In this document: piece after piece, positions 34,788-48,178 of the stretch
Layout of the letters: every line of letters begins with the position of its first letter
Position numbering within the stretch: the stretch's first letter is position 1
NCBI GenBank assembly: GCA_010093705.1
Contig: MU006104.1
Span: forward strand, 372,001-436,000
Source of the DNA: Patellaria atrata CBS 101060
Taxonomy: Eukaryota
Direction: 5' to 3'
DNA length: 64,000 bases
The notes under the pieces: generated by a model
Databases searched by the model: none
The model's input: the letters and a program-made list of their open reading frames with translations, nothing else
Told to the model about the DNA's origin: nothing
Program-made: the position numbers and the translations under genes

Positions 34788-35836
34788 CTTAAACTATGGT
34801 CTCGGATGAGGGACAATTGGGAATATCATGGGAGAGATATAGAAGTACTTGGATGCGATATTGATGGTAATTGTGAGAAGGAACAGGAGATTGACGAAGA
34901 GAAAGTGCAGAATTCGAATTAACATGTGGCACCAATACCATCATATATGAACTACTGTAGAACTACCACCCCCGCACCCTGAATCGTGCTTATCGATAAG
35001 AGTACGTTTCATACTTTTGATTCCTTATATGCTGAGGCGCTATCAAACCGGGTTTGTAAGGGAAAAAGAAAATGGCGACAATAGCCTCGAAGGATCTTTA
35101 CGGTAGAACTGCTCAGGGGGTTCGGTTTCCTGCATGGACGGAATGAGCACCAGGGGTAGACGGTCTGCACGTGTGTGCATGGTTTTGTACAGTACTCTGG
35201 AGTACAATGGAAATATGACCCTTTTTTGAAGTTTGTGACACCAAATTATCCTTGACCACTACTATTACTTTGTAGAGAGGTTTAACTGGAGAACATTTTT
35301 TTTGAATTTAACTGCTCGGCCTGCTTTATTGCAGACTCGGTCTTTTGATTGATATTGTACAACATTGGGTATTACTGCTCCTAATACAAACTATTCGCCC
35401 CTTGGCCAATCAGGGCGACGCCGTGTGAACTAACATGTGGCAATAGCTGCATGTAACATTGATGTGCATGAGTAGGAGCAGCATGATAGGAAGCCTTCCC
35501 TCATCTCGAGGCTCGTTGGTGCATGCCACCGTATCCAAATCAAATCGAGAGAAGTGAAATGCTGTGAGCTCAGTGGCGTATGCCCCGCCGATAGACATTT
35601 ACGCAACTCATACCCCAATCCCCAGAAGTCTCAGTGGGATAATCACATCCCAACCGCAAACTGACATGTAGTGGAACAGGCGAACCGTACCAAGACAATG
35701 CTTCTCTTCTCTCTCCTTCCCTCAGGGCTAATAGGTATGTACGGGCAACTCCTTTTCCAAGTGGCTCCAAGCCATCCCATCTAGATTTCCCTTTTCACAA
35801 CTTTTGTCGCATAGCATAACTTCGTTAAAGTATCAT

Positions 35837-37674
35837 TCAGATTTTGTTTTCCATCACAGTATCGTCTTCCATGACCGGATGAAAGCCTAGACCCCCTCTT
35901 GCGTGCGTACTCCTCGGATCCCAGTCCACCGCGTTTGGGCTGGCCTGTGGCGCTCTTGGTGATGAGAAGCTGAGGGTGGGGCTTCGATATTCGCGAGTAA
36001 TCTCTTTTTGAAAGTAGTCTGGCGTAGATCGGCCGATGGGACTATTGTACGTCTCCGTTGGACTAGTCACAGTGCTCGTAGGAGATTTCAGAATCGAGCT
36101 TCGAGGCTTCTGATTCAGGAGCTCGAATGTACGAGCATCGGCGGAAAACCGACGGGCGTCGAGTGAGACAAACTCACTTTTGTGAGCGAACTTTTCACCG
36201 ATCAATTGTACCCAACCGGTGAACATGCTTCCACGAACTAATAAGAAGAAAGCTTGTATACCCGCCAGCTACACTACGTTAGCGAGTTGTTCGAACATCT
36301 CAGAGATGAGATATCTTACCGAAAGCATGATTAGAATAGCAATGATGGTCTCCTTGTTCACTAAAGCCTTCTCTGCGTATTGGAAACATTTTTCTTTGTT
36401 TTCAGGGTTAGAAACCAGACAGAGGATCCAAGGTGTTAACGACTTGATATCATCGTGAGATGCATTTTCCATAGCATCAAGGTACACAAAAACAATTGAG
36501 AAGAAGATGACATCGATAAGGATGAAGACGACGATGAGGATACCACGCCATTGGAGCCATAGGACTTTGCGAACTCTGCGATAGACAGCACGTGCCGATT
36601 GCATTCGTACGCTGGAGGTATATGATGGTAAGCCGGCACTGCTGTTGGTTTCTGTCTTCTCATCGCTCCACATATTCTTGAGATAGACATGGATACAATA
36701 CACGAACCTTATTGCCATGAGCGAGGTTATTCAGAAGAAAGGGGATAATTGCTTACGTTGCGAGCTGAATAATGGCTGAGATGCCAGCAATGCCAAGTAG
36801 AGGGCCCCAAAAGTCGGCAAGGGAGTGAGCTGAATTGACGTGGCAGGCATCGCCGAACCTAAATGACACACCGGTGAAGGTAATCGTGCAGGTAAATAGA
36901 ATTGCTACGACACCCCAGCCAAGTCCTTGCGCGGCGTAGAAGAATCTCTTCCCAGGTAAAACATCCCAACAGATTTGCAAATGCATCGAAAGCGCTCGAA
37001 TAAAGACTGAATTTATTGTTAGCCTTACAGTAGTAAGTCAGAATCATTCTACCTACTCCACATCGCAACAGTCAAACCCCCTGAGGTGATGAACGCACCA
37101 GACCATGCGCAGGTCAAACTGGAATACATATCATTGGGAGTTATTTCATCATAACATTGCTCAGGTTTCACAGCCAGTGGAACCACGAACCCAAGCTATC
37201 TCAAGTTAGTTCGATTAATAGAACTTCATTGAAAATTCAGACTTACGGCCATTAGGAAAGTTCCAATTACCAAACCAACACTGAGATAATGTCTTCTTGT
37301 TTTCTCTACGGGAAGGCAGAGAAAGGAAACGAGTAAAAACAAGCATGCTGCAATGCTCACAGCGTTAATGGATTCGGCCACCAAGGACCATGTTGAAAAA
37401 CCTGTTCTTCGTTAGAGGATATTGACGTACAACATCACAAAGTGAACTCACTGTCTGGATATAACCATTCCGCGGACGGACACGGCAGGCAGCATACTGT
37501 TCCAGGAAGAATCTGGTCTGCCGGTGCGCAAAATCGTCCTGCGATAACTGCAATATGTTAGTAGGACCCTTCGTGAGATTGATCAGTTGACGTACAGCCA
37601 TTTGTCGATTGAAACGTTGATAAATCTAAGAACGGCGCAAGGCATGCGCCTCGATGTGCTGTAAGATTGGACAT
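35837..37674 (-). CDS. 7-TM G-protein-coupled receptor, fungal GprM-like (secretin/frizzled-like)
   Basis: Multi-exon. Cys-rich N-terminus CLAPF...GRFC...CCLPCP...WLYPD, LPVEKTRRHYLS, QCYDEITPNDMYS, SMHLQICWD, SFRFGDAC and LQWRGI. Confidence 0.85.
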
Positions 37675-40600
37675 TCTTCACTCCGCCTTCCAACGGATTC
37701 AACCCAGTGATATATTTCTCAATGAATTTTTTTTTTTTTCACATGGACAATGATCTCCCTCTTTCGTATTTTACACTTTTACTGTCCTTCGACCAGATGT
37801 ATCCAATTAAATGGGATTGTCTTGACCCTCCAAGAATGTCCGGAATGGATATTGCCGGGGCAGAGATTGATACCGTTATGCTATCGACGGTAAGACCAGA
37901 GGCAAAGAGGTTGTGCTGGACTACTGCATATGGAAGTCACGAATGAAACAGACGTGTGGAGGAAGCCGAGTGATATGATCCAGCGTAATGGGTATTATGA
38001 AACTCTTCGAGTGTCTAACGGCCCCCACTTATCAATGCAAATAAAATCGATATTATTTTGATGTCGCGTGTGTTGTATGTAGTGGTAAGACGCCTGAAGA
38101 TGTACAGAGAAAAGATGTATAGAGAAAAGACCGTGAATACTAAGAATAGCAGGATAAGTGAAGGAAAAGAAGGGATTTGTCTTCGAGATCGGTTGGGTAG
38201 ATGTACAAGAGTGTCAAGACAAGGCCTGACGCTGTCAGCCCTCGATTGGATAAGACCCATCGCATTGGAATCGAGAAAGAACCAGTCGAAAGGCATCCTT
38301 GTGTTCTAGAGACAAGAGACAGGCATCGAAATTGAATGTATGTGTGCCCTGGATGGTGAGAGGAACATGGACCAGCTTGGAGTTGCTCGTGGCGGGGGGG
38401 GCACTAACTCTCGGGGCTTAGTACTGTTTAGCACATATGAATGATATGATTGCCTAGTTTTATAACACAGTAACCTTTAGTGTGACACCACTGGACAACC
38501 ACACGCGGCACCGCTTCTCATAATTTTGCCAACCCTTGATCGGTAACTAGGGATACCTGCCCGACCTGGAGAGGTACCTGTCAGATTATGCTCGTGCTGA
38601 CAGCTTGGCCAGTAACCCCTAGTTCTCTTTTGACGATTCAGGTAAACGCACGCATTCTAGTAGGTTAAAAGTAGTTCAAGGGGAAGAAAAAGAGGGGGTT
38701 ATGATTGTGGAGAGAAACATGACAAGGCCCCAAATTCAGCCGAACACGAAGCGTATGGTTCTAACATTCGTTATTATCGCAATTCCATTTCAAGGAGAAT
38801 TCCGTTTCGAGGAGACTGCCGTCAGTGGCATAGACAATGCAACGCCTCTTAGCCATTCGAAAAGATCACAAGTCTTTAATCGATATGTCTCGACTTTTTG
38901 ATGGTTAACCAATTCAGAGCCAAATCAACAACAGTGTCGTGTTTGACACAATGATTGGGTAGATTGACGCCGTCTATGATGTTAAAGGCGTTGAACAACT
39001 TTGAACAAGGGCTAGAGGAGACGCGCCCTGGCGTTAAAACTAGAACTCGAACTAGAAGCTCTCGGAGTTTTGATTGCGCACCGTAAAAATTTCTTTTTGA
39101 ATTTTCAGCCGTTGTGAGAGGTGGGAAGATCGTTCTTAATCCCGTATTACCGTATTGCGGCACTTGGAACCGATGAGGCTTTAGCAAAGCCGTGTGCAAG
39201 GTCACCTGTGGGCCTGTACTCAGCTTTTCAGTACAAAAAAGTAATTATACAGATTACAGTAGTACACCAGGTACAAAGAAGCTGATCCACTGTGATCCGT
39301 ACAGCGTGACCGTTATGGTACAATTGACTACAGTACGAGCGAGAGATGATTTAAATGGTTTGATTGGGGAAGAGTCCAAGAAGAGGATTCTGTCAGGTGG
39401 AGAGCTCATAGTCACAACAAACCAACGTGACTGGATGATAGAGACGCGTCTTATTAGCTGAGCCTGTTGGGAAGTGCCTCCAATCGCAATACAGAATTGA
39501 GCGACCTTGCCACGTGATTTACTTGAGGCATTACAGGGCGGCCAGACTGCTTGAAAGACGGACCCTCTCACGACCTTTGAATTCTGGAATGTAGATGGGA
39601 TGAACGAACTGTCTTTTGATGAACGGCGAAGTTGAATACTTCTAGACCTCAAAGCACAACACTCACAGTAATAATAATGAACTGATGAGACTCTCGCGTG
39701 CGGTTGAAATCGAAAATTCTAAGTTATCCCTCTTATGTTAGTCAGATATCTTATTTTACCGTGATATCTTTATTAATTAATATACCTATAACTTCTGAAT
39801 CGTTGTTCCTGCGTCTTCTTGCATGGTTGATGCTGCATCTGTGGAAGTGGACGCGATCGTTCCATCCCATCTCACCGGCCCCGCTCGCGGCCTTGCTGCA
39901 AGTCGAAAGCACCTCTTTCTCTTGTCGTTTCCAACTGGAAAAGGGGACCGTCGTATCCAGCCACCTTCGGAGGAAATATCAGAAACGGGAAAGGTCGTTA
40001 CTTGGACTCTGGCCGCTGGGCTCAACATCAACCTACAGCACCGTAAGTACGAGCCCCAAGTTGAACCGAGGACCTCTAACGGAAATAATAAGATGTCGTG
40101 CCACGTTATTTAAGCACGCGTCGGTTGAAATCGCCTAACCGTTAACATTATGATAATGATATCTTCAGCAACTTCAACAAGAATAGTAATAATAGAACTC
40201 CCAGGACAAAATAAAATGCAGTAATAATGAAAATCGTCTAGATGAAGGTCACCACATCAGTCCTTGTCGCACTCCGTTCGCTGACCTTGTTCATATCTCA
40301 ACTCTCACGGTTCAAGGTCTTCAAAACCCCATGCCTTCACCCAAGCAATAAGGTAATAGTACGACATCAATTCCGGTTAGTTCCAAGGTCGCCGGAAGGT
40401 AGCATTGTGGCGTCATCGTGGTATCGGTACCTTACGCTTCTCGAAAACGGAAATGCGCCTGCTCTGATACAGTGTGAAACCTCGGAACTTGTGTTACAGC
40501 GTCAAATTTTGCATCGCCTCCCATAAACGGTCCCATCGGAGTTTATGAGGGAATGTTCTTCGACGTTTCACCGATTCATTCGGCATCCATATGCATAGCG

Positions 40601-42453
40601 GCGAACTGAGTAGCTGGTTCTAGCCCTATGAATTTCAACAATCGTACAAACCATGAGCGCAAATCACGAATAAGGTAGTTTGGTTGTAGAAGTTTAGCGC
40701 GTCAAGTCCTCTACTCTTTCTTTTTGACTGTTCATGACGATTCTCATTTCCGCACGATCTTAGAAGTATCTGCAACTTTTTCCCTTATCATTTCCGAGCC
40801 TTTCCGCTCTGGCTAATTCTCCTCGTTACGTACAAGTGGTAGATGCCTTTCGTAAGCAGATCTCCGCGGTCCTGAAGCTCTCAACTCTTTTAGTGTCGCT
40901 GTGTCTAACAAAAGCGGTCTGTACGCTTGACGTTTGTATGTTAAAATCCCAGCGTCTGTGAAGCGTTCCGTCTGTTTTTGGAGAGCTGAAACATTAGCTA
41001 TACTTCTCTTCGATTCTCTATACCGCAATAGAATAAGAATAGCATGAATTGGTCGAAAATTCTCAAAGCACGGTCTCTAATGAGAAATTGACGAGTCAGA
41101 CTCAATGCGAAGTTATAGAAAAGCTGCAGCTAGCAATTGAGCGGTAACCCCATAAAAGTAGAAAGCAACTTAGTTTCTACCGTGCCTTCCTTACCTTACC
41201 GAATGTCATGTCGACCTAGAGGTATGCCAGGTACCAAAGCTTGTCTACGGGTCGTTTGGATGAACGCATGGATTTAGATCCCATGATTCCATCTTTGCTG
41301 AATTTCGGGGACGTATGTTCTTGTGAGTTTCTAGCAGGAAATGGAATTTCGGTAAATAGTGTTATAATAATAGTTTCCACGTGGGCGCTGTATTTTCCTT
41401 CAGGTAAGAATTTGCGTCTATTGTTTGGACTTCAGTCTGCATTCTTTTGATATGTCAACCCAGAAGATCATCCCGACTTCCAACAAATCGATATGGACAT
41501 GATACTCTATAATCTACCATGAGAACATTTCATAGTCCTTATTCTTTACCCAAAACTTTGGTGTGTATCTGTATATGAAAACGATCTTTGTCTTTGCATC
41601 TCTTATTTCATATGTGAGGGGAGAAAAGGAAGATTCCACGGTCTGGTCAAAAGCCCTAGGGTATGCGTTCTCGAAGTCTGCTACACCAGGATTGTATCAG
41701 CGGGAAAACAGAGGATGCTTCCATACGATACATAGTTCTGCGCTAGAAGCCCACTAGTTTCCTTGAACTTCATGGTGCGGTTGATGCTAAGAGGTACAAG
41801 CATCGGCAATTTGAAAACCTCAACGCTCTCGACTATTGTGACTCGCGGATGCCGGATCTAAAGGTCGTTTACAGAACCGGAATCTCTTCGGCACAAACTT
41901 GAAGGACACTAATATGCAGTATTGCGGCTCTGTTTTTCTCTTAACGTATTATCGCTAGCAGATTAGTGGTTAATATCTGTAAGGTGAGTGGGCCTGTCTG
42001 AATGGTACGGGAGCAGGACCTTTTGATCACATCTCCACGTGATCCCGTGGTAAACTGGGCTTGGGCAATTCGCTTCTTAGAAGATAGATACATCGGTAAG
42101 TATCTCTATCGGAAAGGTCGTCCCTGACTTTGACCATTGCTAGCTGATAATTCCTCTTGAAACCTCATATTCTATGCCTTGCAGCACCATTAACTAGAAA
42201 TTATTTCTGTAATGTCCTCTATCCGAAAACTTAGGGGCAATATTCGGGGATATCTTGGGAGTAAGGTGGTCGACTCTTGAACTTCTCGTCTTCAATATCG
42301 TTATTGTGTCTTCTACTGTAATCTTCCCATGTCATTAATATCAAGCTGGTACATGTTCGACGGTTCGACCAGTGTGAGAGATTCATCTCGGCTCTTGGAA
42401 TACCCACATACACAACGGGTAAAATGAATCGTACATGATCTTCTCTTTACCTC

Positions 42454-43643
42454 TTACACTTTCACACCCTGCTTAATCAGATCCGACACTTTTGGTGGAA
42501 GAACCAACGTGCTGCGATCGTTCCTCTTCCAAAACTCCACAATTACGTCAGCTGTGCGCTCCGGCATGTCCTCCTGGAGGAAGTGTCCAGCGGCTGGAAA
42601 GACCTGAAGTTGAAATTTTCCTGATAAGAAAAAGTCGGTTAGCAATAGAAGTGCCTTTCTCCTCGTTCAGCCATACCTTGCATCTGCCCTATCATGAGGT
42701 CTTTGTCGAGGCGATCTGTCCCGGCAAGCAAGAGTAATTTTGCCCCTTTGGCGGAAAGGAACTTCGAACTCATGCCAGTAAACCAATTCGACCAGTATGC
42801 CTCCGTTCTCGAGAGATCAGTCTTCCACCTCCATCCTCCCGAAGGTGTTTGCATAAGCAAAGATGGGACCGAAGCACGAGCCGACTCGATATTCCTTAAT
42901 GTACGGGACCGAATATGCCACTCGATCGCAGCATCTAAAGTCGGAAATATAGAAGGTCTACTTGTCAGATAGGATTGCATACTCTTCAGAGCTTCCATAG
43001 CTGAACCTTCTACCACATCTAGAACAGCGTATCCAAGGAGCTTGTTTCCTAAGAGTTCCCGTTTTGCTGCATCGGTTACTACGGCTCCTCCCAAACTATG
43101 ACCTACATAGAGAGTGTTGGGAATGTCCGGCCAGTTCATCCTTTCCTTTGTTAAGTGAATCATTTCTGCCATATCTTGGCTCAGAATGTCGATTGAAAGA
43201 TCGTTATTGACATCCCCCGCCGCGGTCCATACGATAGAGCCATGCTCTCGTGCCTCAACACAAAGAATACCGGCATGTGGTATCTGTCTATGTAAATCCT
43301 GAGCGAATAGTGCAAATGATAAGCCGGAAGAGCCAGCGCCATGATGAAGGACGAAGAAGGGTGACTTTGGTGTCTCTGGAGGGGTTAAATATACGTGATA
43401 TTTAGCTTTCTGCCCATCCGGGAAATCTTTCTCGAGATACAGCTCTTGTTGGAAGAAATCCGTCCAAGCTACGGGTTGTACTGACGGATGGCTGGACGTA
43501 GGCCGAACAGTTCCGGTAGAGGATACTGAAGATGCGGATGAGGCATCGTCTTCAATAATTTCTCCTCCTTCTTCAGTAAGAGGAGACTCTGGTGGTAAAG
43601 CACTGAGCTTTGCTTTAGCAAACGACTTTGCAAGATCACTCAT
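42454..43643 (-). CDS. PPE1: Protein phosphatase methylesterase 1 (PME-1)
   Basis: Exons 43643-42677 and 42620-42454. Motifs HHGAGSSGLSFA, GHSLGG, LDVVEGSA, LAGTDRLDKDLMIGQMQGKFQL and GHFLQED. Confidence 0.95.
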
Positions 43644-43743
43644 AACGATTATATGTGCACTGTACGATTTCTTGGTCGACAGATCCAGTACCTTATAGAT
43701 CTGACAGGATTCTGTTATACCTGTAAGGGTCCGTGCTGGTTCT

Positions 43744-43759
43744 CACGTGTCGACACGTG
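43744..43759. promoter_or_regulatory. Perfect 16-bp palindrome with two E-boxes (CACGTG-TCGA-CACGTG)
   Basis: CACGTGTCGACACGTG lies in the divergent PPE1/hydrolase promoter, ~100 bp from the PPE1 ATG. A bHLH site is inferred. Confidence 0.5.
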
Positions 43760-44107
43760 CAGCGTGTGTGTTTGGTGTAAGGTAACGACGTAAGGAGCAA
43801 CCAAAGGGAGATTCCTGTGATGCGGTCCGTGCTCCAGCGCTAAATGTAGATCATGATGACATTTGAGGTGAGGTGCAGCTTCCATTTTGATATCCCGGAT
43901 ATCGACAATCTAGATCAGCCATCGCGCTAATGGTAGACTTTTCTATCATCATACTCACCTTTCCATCCCCTCATTCTCAAAGTTGACCTTCGTACTTACG
44001 CAGTTTGCTATAAGCAACTTCCTTCGAGTGTCGAGCCTCTTGCTGTGGGCCATCCCTCCATCCTATTGACAGCTTCTTAAAGCTTTAGAGCTCTCTGAAC
44101 TGTCACA

Positions 44108-45778
44108 ATGGTATCCTTGTGGGGAACCAACAAGGATGACGACCATAACGCACAAGGGTCAAACTCTTCGCGAGATGCTGGGAATGATGCTCAACCCCAA
44201 TCACGTCGGAGCCACGATGAACCAAATGAGCGGACCAGATTGATTCAACAGAGGCATCCTCCGCCGAATTCAGATGGCTATCTTGATCCAGATGACCCAG
44301 CCGTAAGCTACAATGAGAATCTCCAGGCGCTACAGTAAGGCTAATTAGTGCTTTAGGTCTCACCATACAATCTTTGGACTGTGAGATTCCTCCGCTATCT
44401 GACTGTCCTGTTCCTCGTCGTCTCTTTCTTGTGGTGGGTACTATTGCTCGTATCCATTTTCGTCTCACCCCCCGGTCTCCATTCGCGTGGATCTGGATTC
44501 TTCGACTTCTCTTACACAACCTTGACCGTCGGGAACCTACTCGTCGCTTTGATCTTCTTTGCCGCTCCATCAAAAGCGATGCGGATCTCTTTAGCGATAA
44601 TCTCTGCATTCTTGCTTATCGACATGATCATTATTTTGACCGTAGGACGAATTCGTATAGAAGAAGGCTGGGTGGGCATTGCGTCTGTCATCTGGGCTTC
44701 CGTAATGGCAATCTGGTGTACACTCGTCGACCGAGTTGTGGCATGGGGAAAGAGGGAAGAAGAAGAGCGTTTGACTGGTCGTCCTGAGACCCGAAGGACC
44801 CTCAAAGAATGGTCAGCTGTACTGATTGCCACGATCATTCTGATTATCTATATTATTATCACGATCCTGATGACCTCGACCCTCATCATCCGTGCCCGTG
44901 ATGCATCACTTAAAGCACCAGGAGAGCGCTACTACGTTGATGGCGAGAAATATCAGGTCCACCTCAACTGCCTTGGAAATGTTACCTACACCGGCAAGAA
45001 GAGAGATCCAACTGTCATTCTAGAAGCGGGAGAAGAGCCTTCTGAGTTCGATTTTGAGCATTGGGCCTACTCTGCGTACCAGAATGGTACCATCTCCCGT
45101 TACTGCTACTGGGACCGCCCTGGGTATGCTTGGTCGGACAACGCACCCTCCCCTCACTCCGCTGGTATGTCTGCCGACGCCCTCTCAGAAGCGCTAGCAC
45201 AAGCTGGTGAGGAAGGTCCCTGGATTCTTGTCTCTGCAGGTACCGGCAGCCTAGTGTCTCGTATCTTCTCTGTCCGACACGGCGCTGATATTGAGGGCAT
45301 TCTGATGATTGATCCTTTCCATGAGGATTTGCTTCACCGAATCGGCTCACCTGGTCGTGGTTTCGTGCTCTGGGGCTGGGGCGTACTGTCTCCGCTCGGG
45401 ATTGAACGTCTCGGTGGTGCACTGTTCAAAGGCCGCACACGAGAGGACCGTGTATATGGCAGAAATGCATATCAAAGCGGCAAGTTCATCAAAGCGCAAT
45501 TGCAGGAAAACCTGATTGCGGATTCTCTCACTAAGAACGAGGTAGTGAGCTCGAACACAATTCAAGATAAGAAGGTCCCATTGGCAATCGTCAGCAGTGG
45601 CGTTAAGTGTCGTACGGATAGAGAGTGGGAGAGGAAGCAGAGGGATCTCACTCACTTGACGAATGAGCTTGTGGGATGGGATGTGGTGCAGAAGGCTCCC
45701 CATCAGGTCTGGAAGACATATGAGGGAAGAAAGACCATGGAGAGGAGACTGGACGATTTGGTGAAATTCAATCAGTAA
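44108..45778 (+). CDS. Integral membrane protein with a C-terminal alpha/beta-hydrolase-like domain
   Basis: Exons 44108-44302 and 44357-45778. About 5 TM segments, then YCYWDRPGYAWSDNAPSP and GPWILVSAGTG. Confidence 0.85.
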
Positions 45779-46824
45779 TTTATGTGCAGTTTTCTATTTC
45801 CAGGATTGATGACACTTATCGGTAGTAGTACGCTTTCTATTTTCTGTTCGGTGGACACTCAAATCAAAGTTGCGATAACTGTTTTCGGATATGTCCAGTC
45901 CAAGCGTTATACAACTTAATATTCCCTTATAGCGGAGTTGGAGGCCATCTTGAGCAAGCAAACAACACCTAGGAGTACCACCACAAAGGAAGGGATACCT
46001 ATTTCGTGCTGTGCTGGGAAGAAACTCTATTTCCAGTAGTCTTTGAGCGCTTGAAGAGTTCTTATGGTATGATTACGGACTATTTTGTGAGGTTGTTAGC
46101 AGCTTCGATTCTTCAATACATAGGTTTCAAGTATCTCCTTTCTCCTTTTCTTGTCAGTATGTTGAGCGTTCTATGTTTGTCACGTAGGAGAATGATATAA
46201 CTTTTGGAAACCATACCATTCCCCATGTGACGAGAACTTGATTGGGAAGGGTTAACCATTAATCCCATCGACCCCTAGCACCACATATTTTCGCTCTTAA
46301 TATTTAAATAACTGTCTAAGCCCTAGCATAGGATACTAAGATATCTTCGAATAGTATGTCCTATACTCACACTATCTCAAGAACTTGGAACATACTGGCG
46401 CTGGATATCCCCTACAGTCATTCGGCACGGAAGAACAGAAGGTAGTGCAACAGCGCACATGACAGGAGGAGGGAGTTGAGAGCCAGCCAGATCATGGTAT
46501 ATACACAACCAATTACTCAGCAAAGAAGCGTTGTAGACTGCCCTTCACAGGTAAACAACTAAGCATAGATATATTGCCAGAGAGCAGTAGCCGTAGCATG
46601 CTACCCGCAGGCACCCCGCCTGCGACTTTCAACTAGCCGTATTGCTATCAAAAAAAGGGGTTCAGCATAATCTTTTCTGCATGGACCCTTATAGTGATGG
46701 CATCAGAGGCTAAACAAGAATCAATATATGATGTTTGGATAGAGTGTCCTTCATTGAATTGTTCACCTAATTCTCATAGACTACCACTCCAACCTAGCTT
46801 GATCGTATGTAGAGACAAATGTGG

Positions 46825-47795
46825 TCACATCTCAATGGCAACTTCCGAACCTCGAGCCGTTTCTTCTCCTTTACGTTTATGCCTCCGTTTTCTCTTTGTC
46901 TTAGCGACTGATTCCTCCTCACCCTCATTCTGCAACGCAGCTGCTGGTTTAGCAAGCTCTAGCTCGCCCGTTGGCCTCTTCGCCGGTTTGACTCCTGTCT
47001 CAGGCGGTGGTTTTTTCGACTTCTTAATACTGAGCGGATTCGGTCCTTTCGGGCCCTTCTTCGTTTTCTTCTTTACGAGTGTCTCTTCCCCGTCCTGCTT
47101 CTGCTCTCCGTCGTCCTCCATATTCTTCTCGTCTCTATCCTTCCCATTATCCTCGCCATCCTCTCTCTTCCGTTTCAATGTACCTTCACTAAAACCCCTA
47201 ACTTTTCCCCTTAACCCTATCCTAAACTTGCCCTTCTCTTCCCTTTCCCTCACCTCCTCCGTTGCCCCAGCCATTGGCTCCAGAATCATAACACTGCGGT
47301 TGATATACACAAGTGGAACCCCTGGAATCTCTCTCAGCCGCTTCCGCACCTCGGGATCTTGAGTCGCGACAGCATATCGGTGCTTATTGGTATTCGAGTT
47401 TTTGGGATCAACGACAGAGAGCAGACATTCTAGGGCAGTGAGAGGTTGTTCAAGCGTGTGGTGGTTGCAGCGCCGTCTTTCACAAGTCCGCGCTTGGTCT
47501 ATTAAGGCGGGATTGGAGGGTTTGGAGGTGTAGAGATGGCGCATGCTGCATTGGGTTATCATGGGCTTGATTTTTCCTTGGAGGGTACGCTCGAGGCCCG
47601 CGACGACGTCATATTTCATGCGGAATGCGTCTTGGAGAATTGCTGCGTCGACTGGGGGGGTGTTAGCTTGGAAGTACAGCTTTGGGCGAGTAGGTATGAT
47701 ATGTTACCTAGGACTTGGTATGGTTCGCGGAAGTTGAAGGTGAGTTCGTACTGATGCATGAGCTTTCGATACTGTTTTGCGCGTTTCCCTTTCAT
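46825..47795 (-). CDS. UTP23: rRNA-processing PIN-domain protein Utp23
   Basis: MKGKRAKQYRKLM...FREPYQVL|VD, ITQCSMRHLY, ERRRCNH, YAVATQD and KGPNPLSIKK. Intron 47707-47652. Confidence 0.94.
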
Positions 47796-48178
47796 TTTTG
47801 CGAAATGGGAGGGAGGAGGTAAGAGAAGAGTATGGTGTGGGCTTGAATCAGGGAATCAACATTGAAGTGTGAAAAATATTAAATATCAAGCATTTGGCAC
47901 ATGTCGAAGCTCAACAATATGGTCTGAGCTTCTAGACTAGCATTAGATAGTTTCCACTAGCGAGGAAGTCGCGTTCAGTGAATCAGGGCGATCATTCGGG
48001 GGTAAGAATTGAATTTGGAGCACCTCACTCTCACGAGAATGAAACAGGTACTCCCGTGGATGAACCTGTGTACATAGTCTGGGTAAACTCTCCGGTCAAC
48101 CCTGGAGCTATTAATTTGATTATTTTCCTCTGTATCGCTCCTAACCTCCTCTATGTGAACTCGAAACTCATCATCACA

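Noticed and set aside
47978..48178. Non-ATG N-terminal extensions in the ORF track (DUF726 from 47978, SEC66 from 29198, CDC1 from 52412)
   Set aside because: Artefacts of GTG/TTG starts. Downstream ATGs with better start contexts give plausible N-termini.
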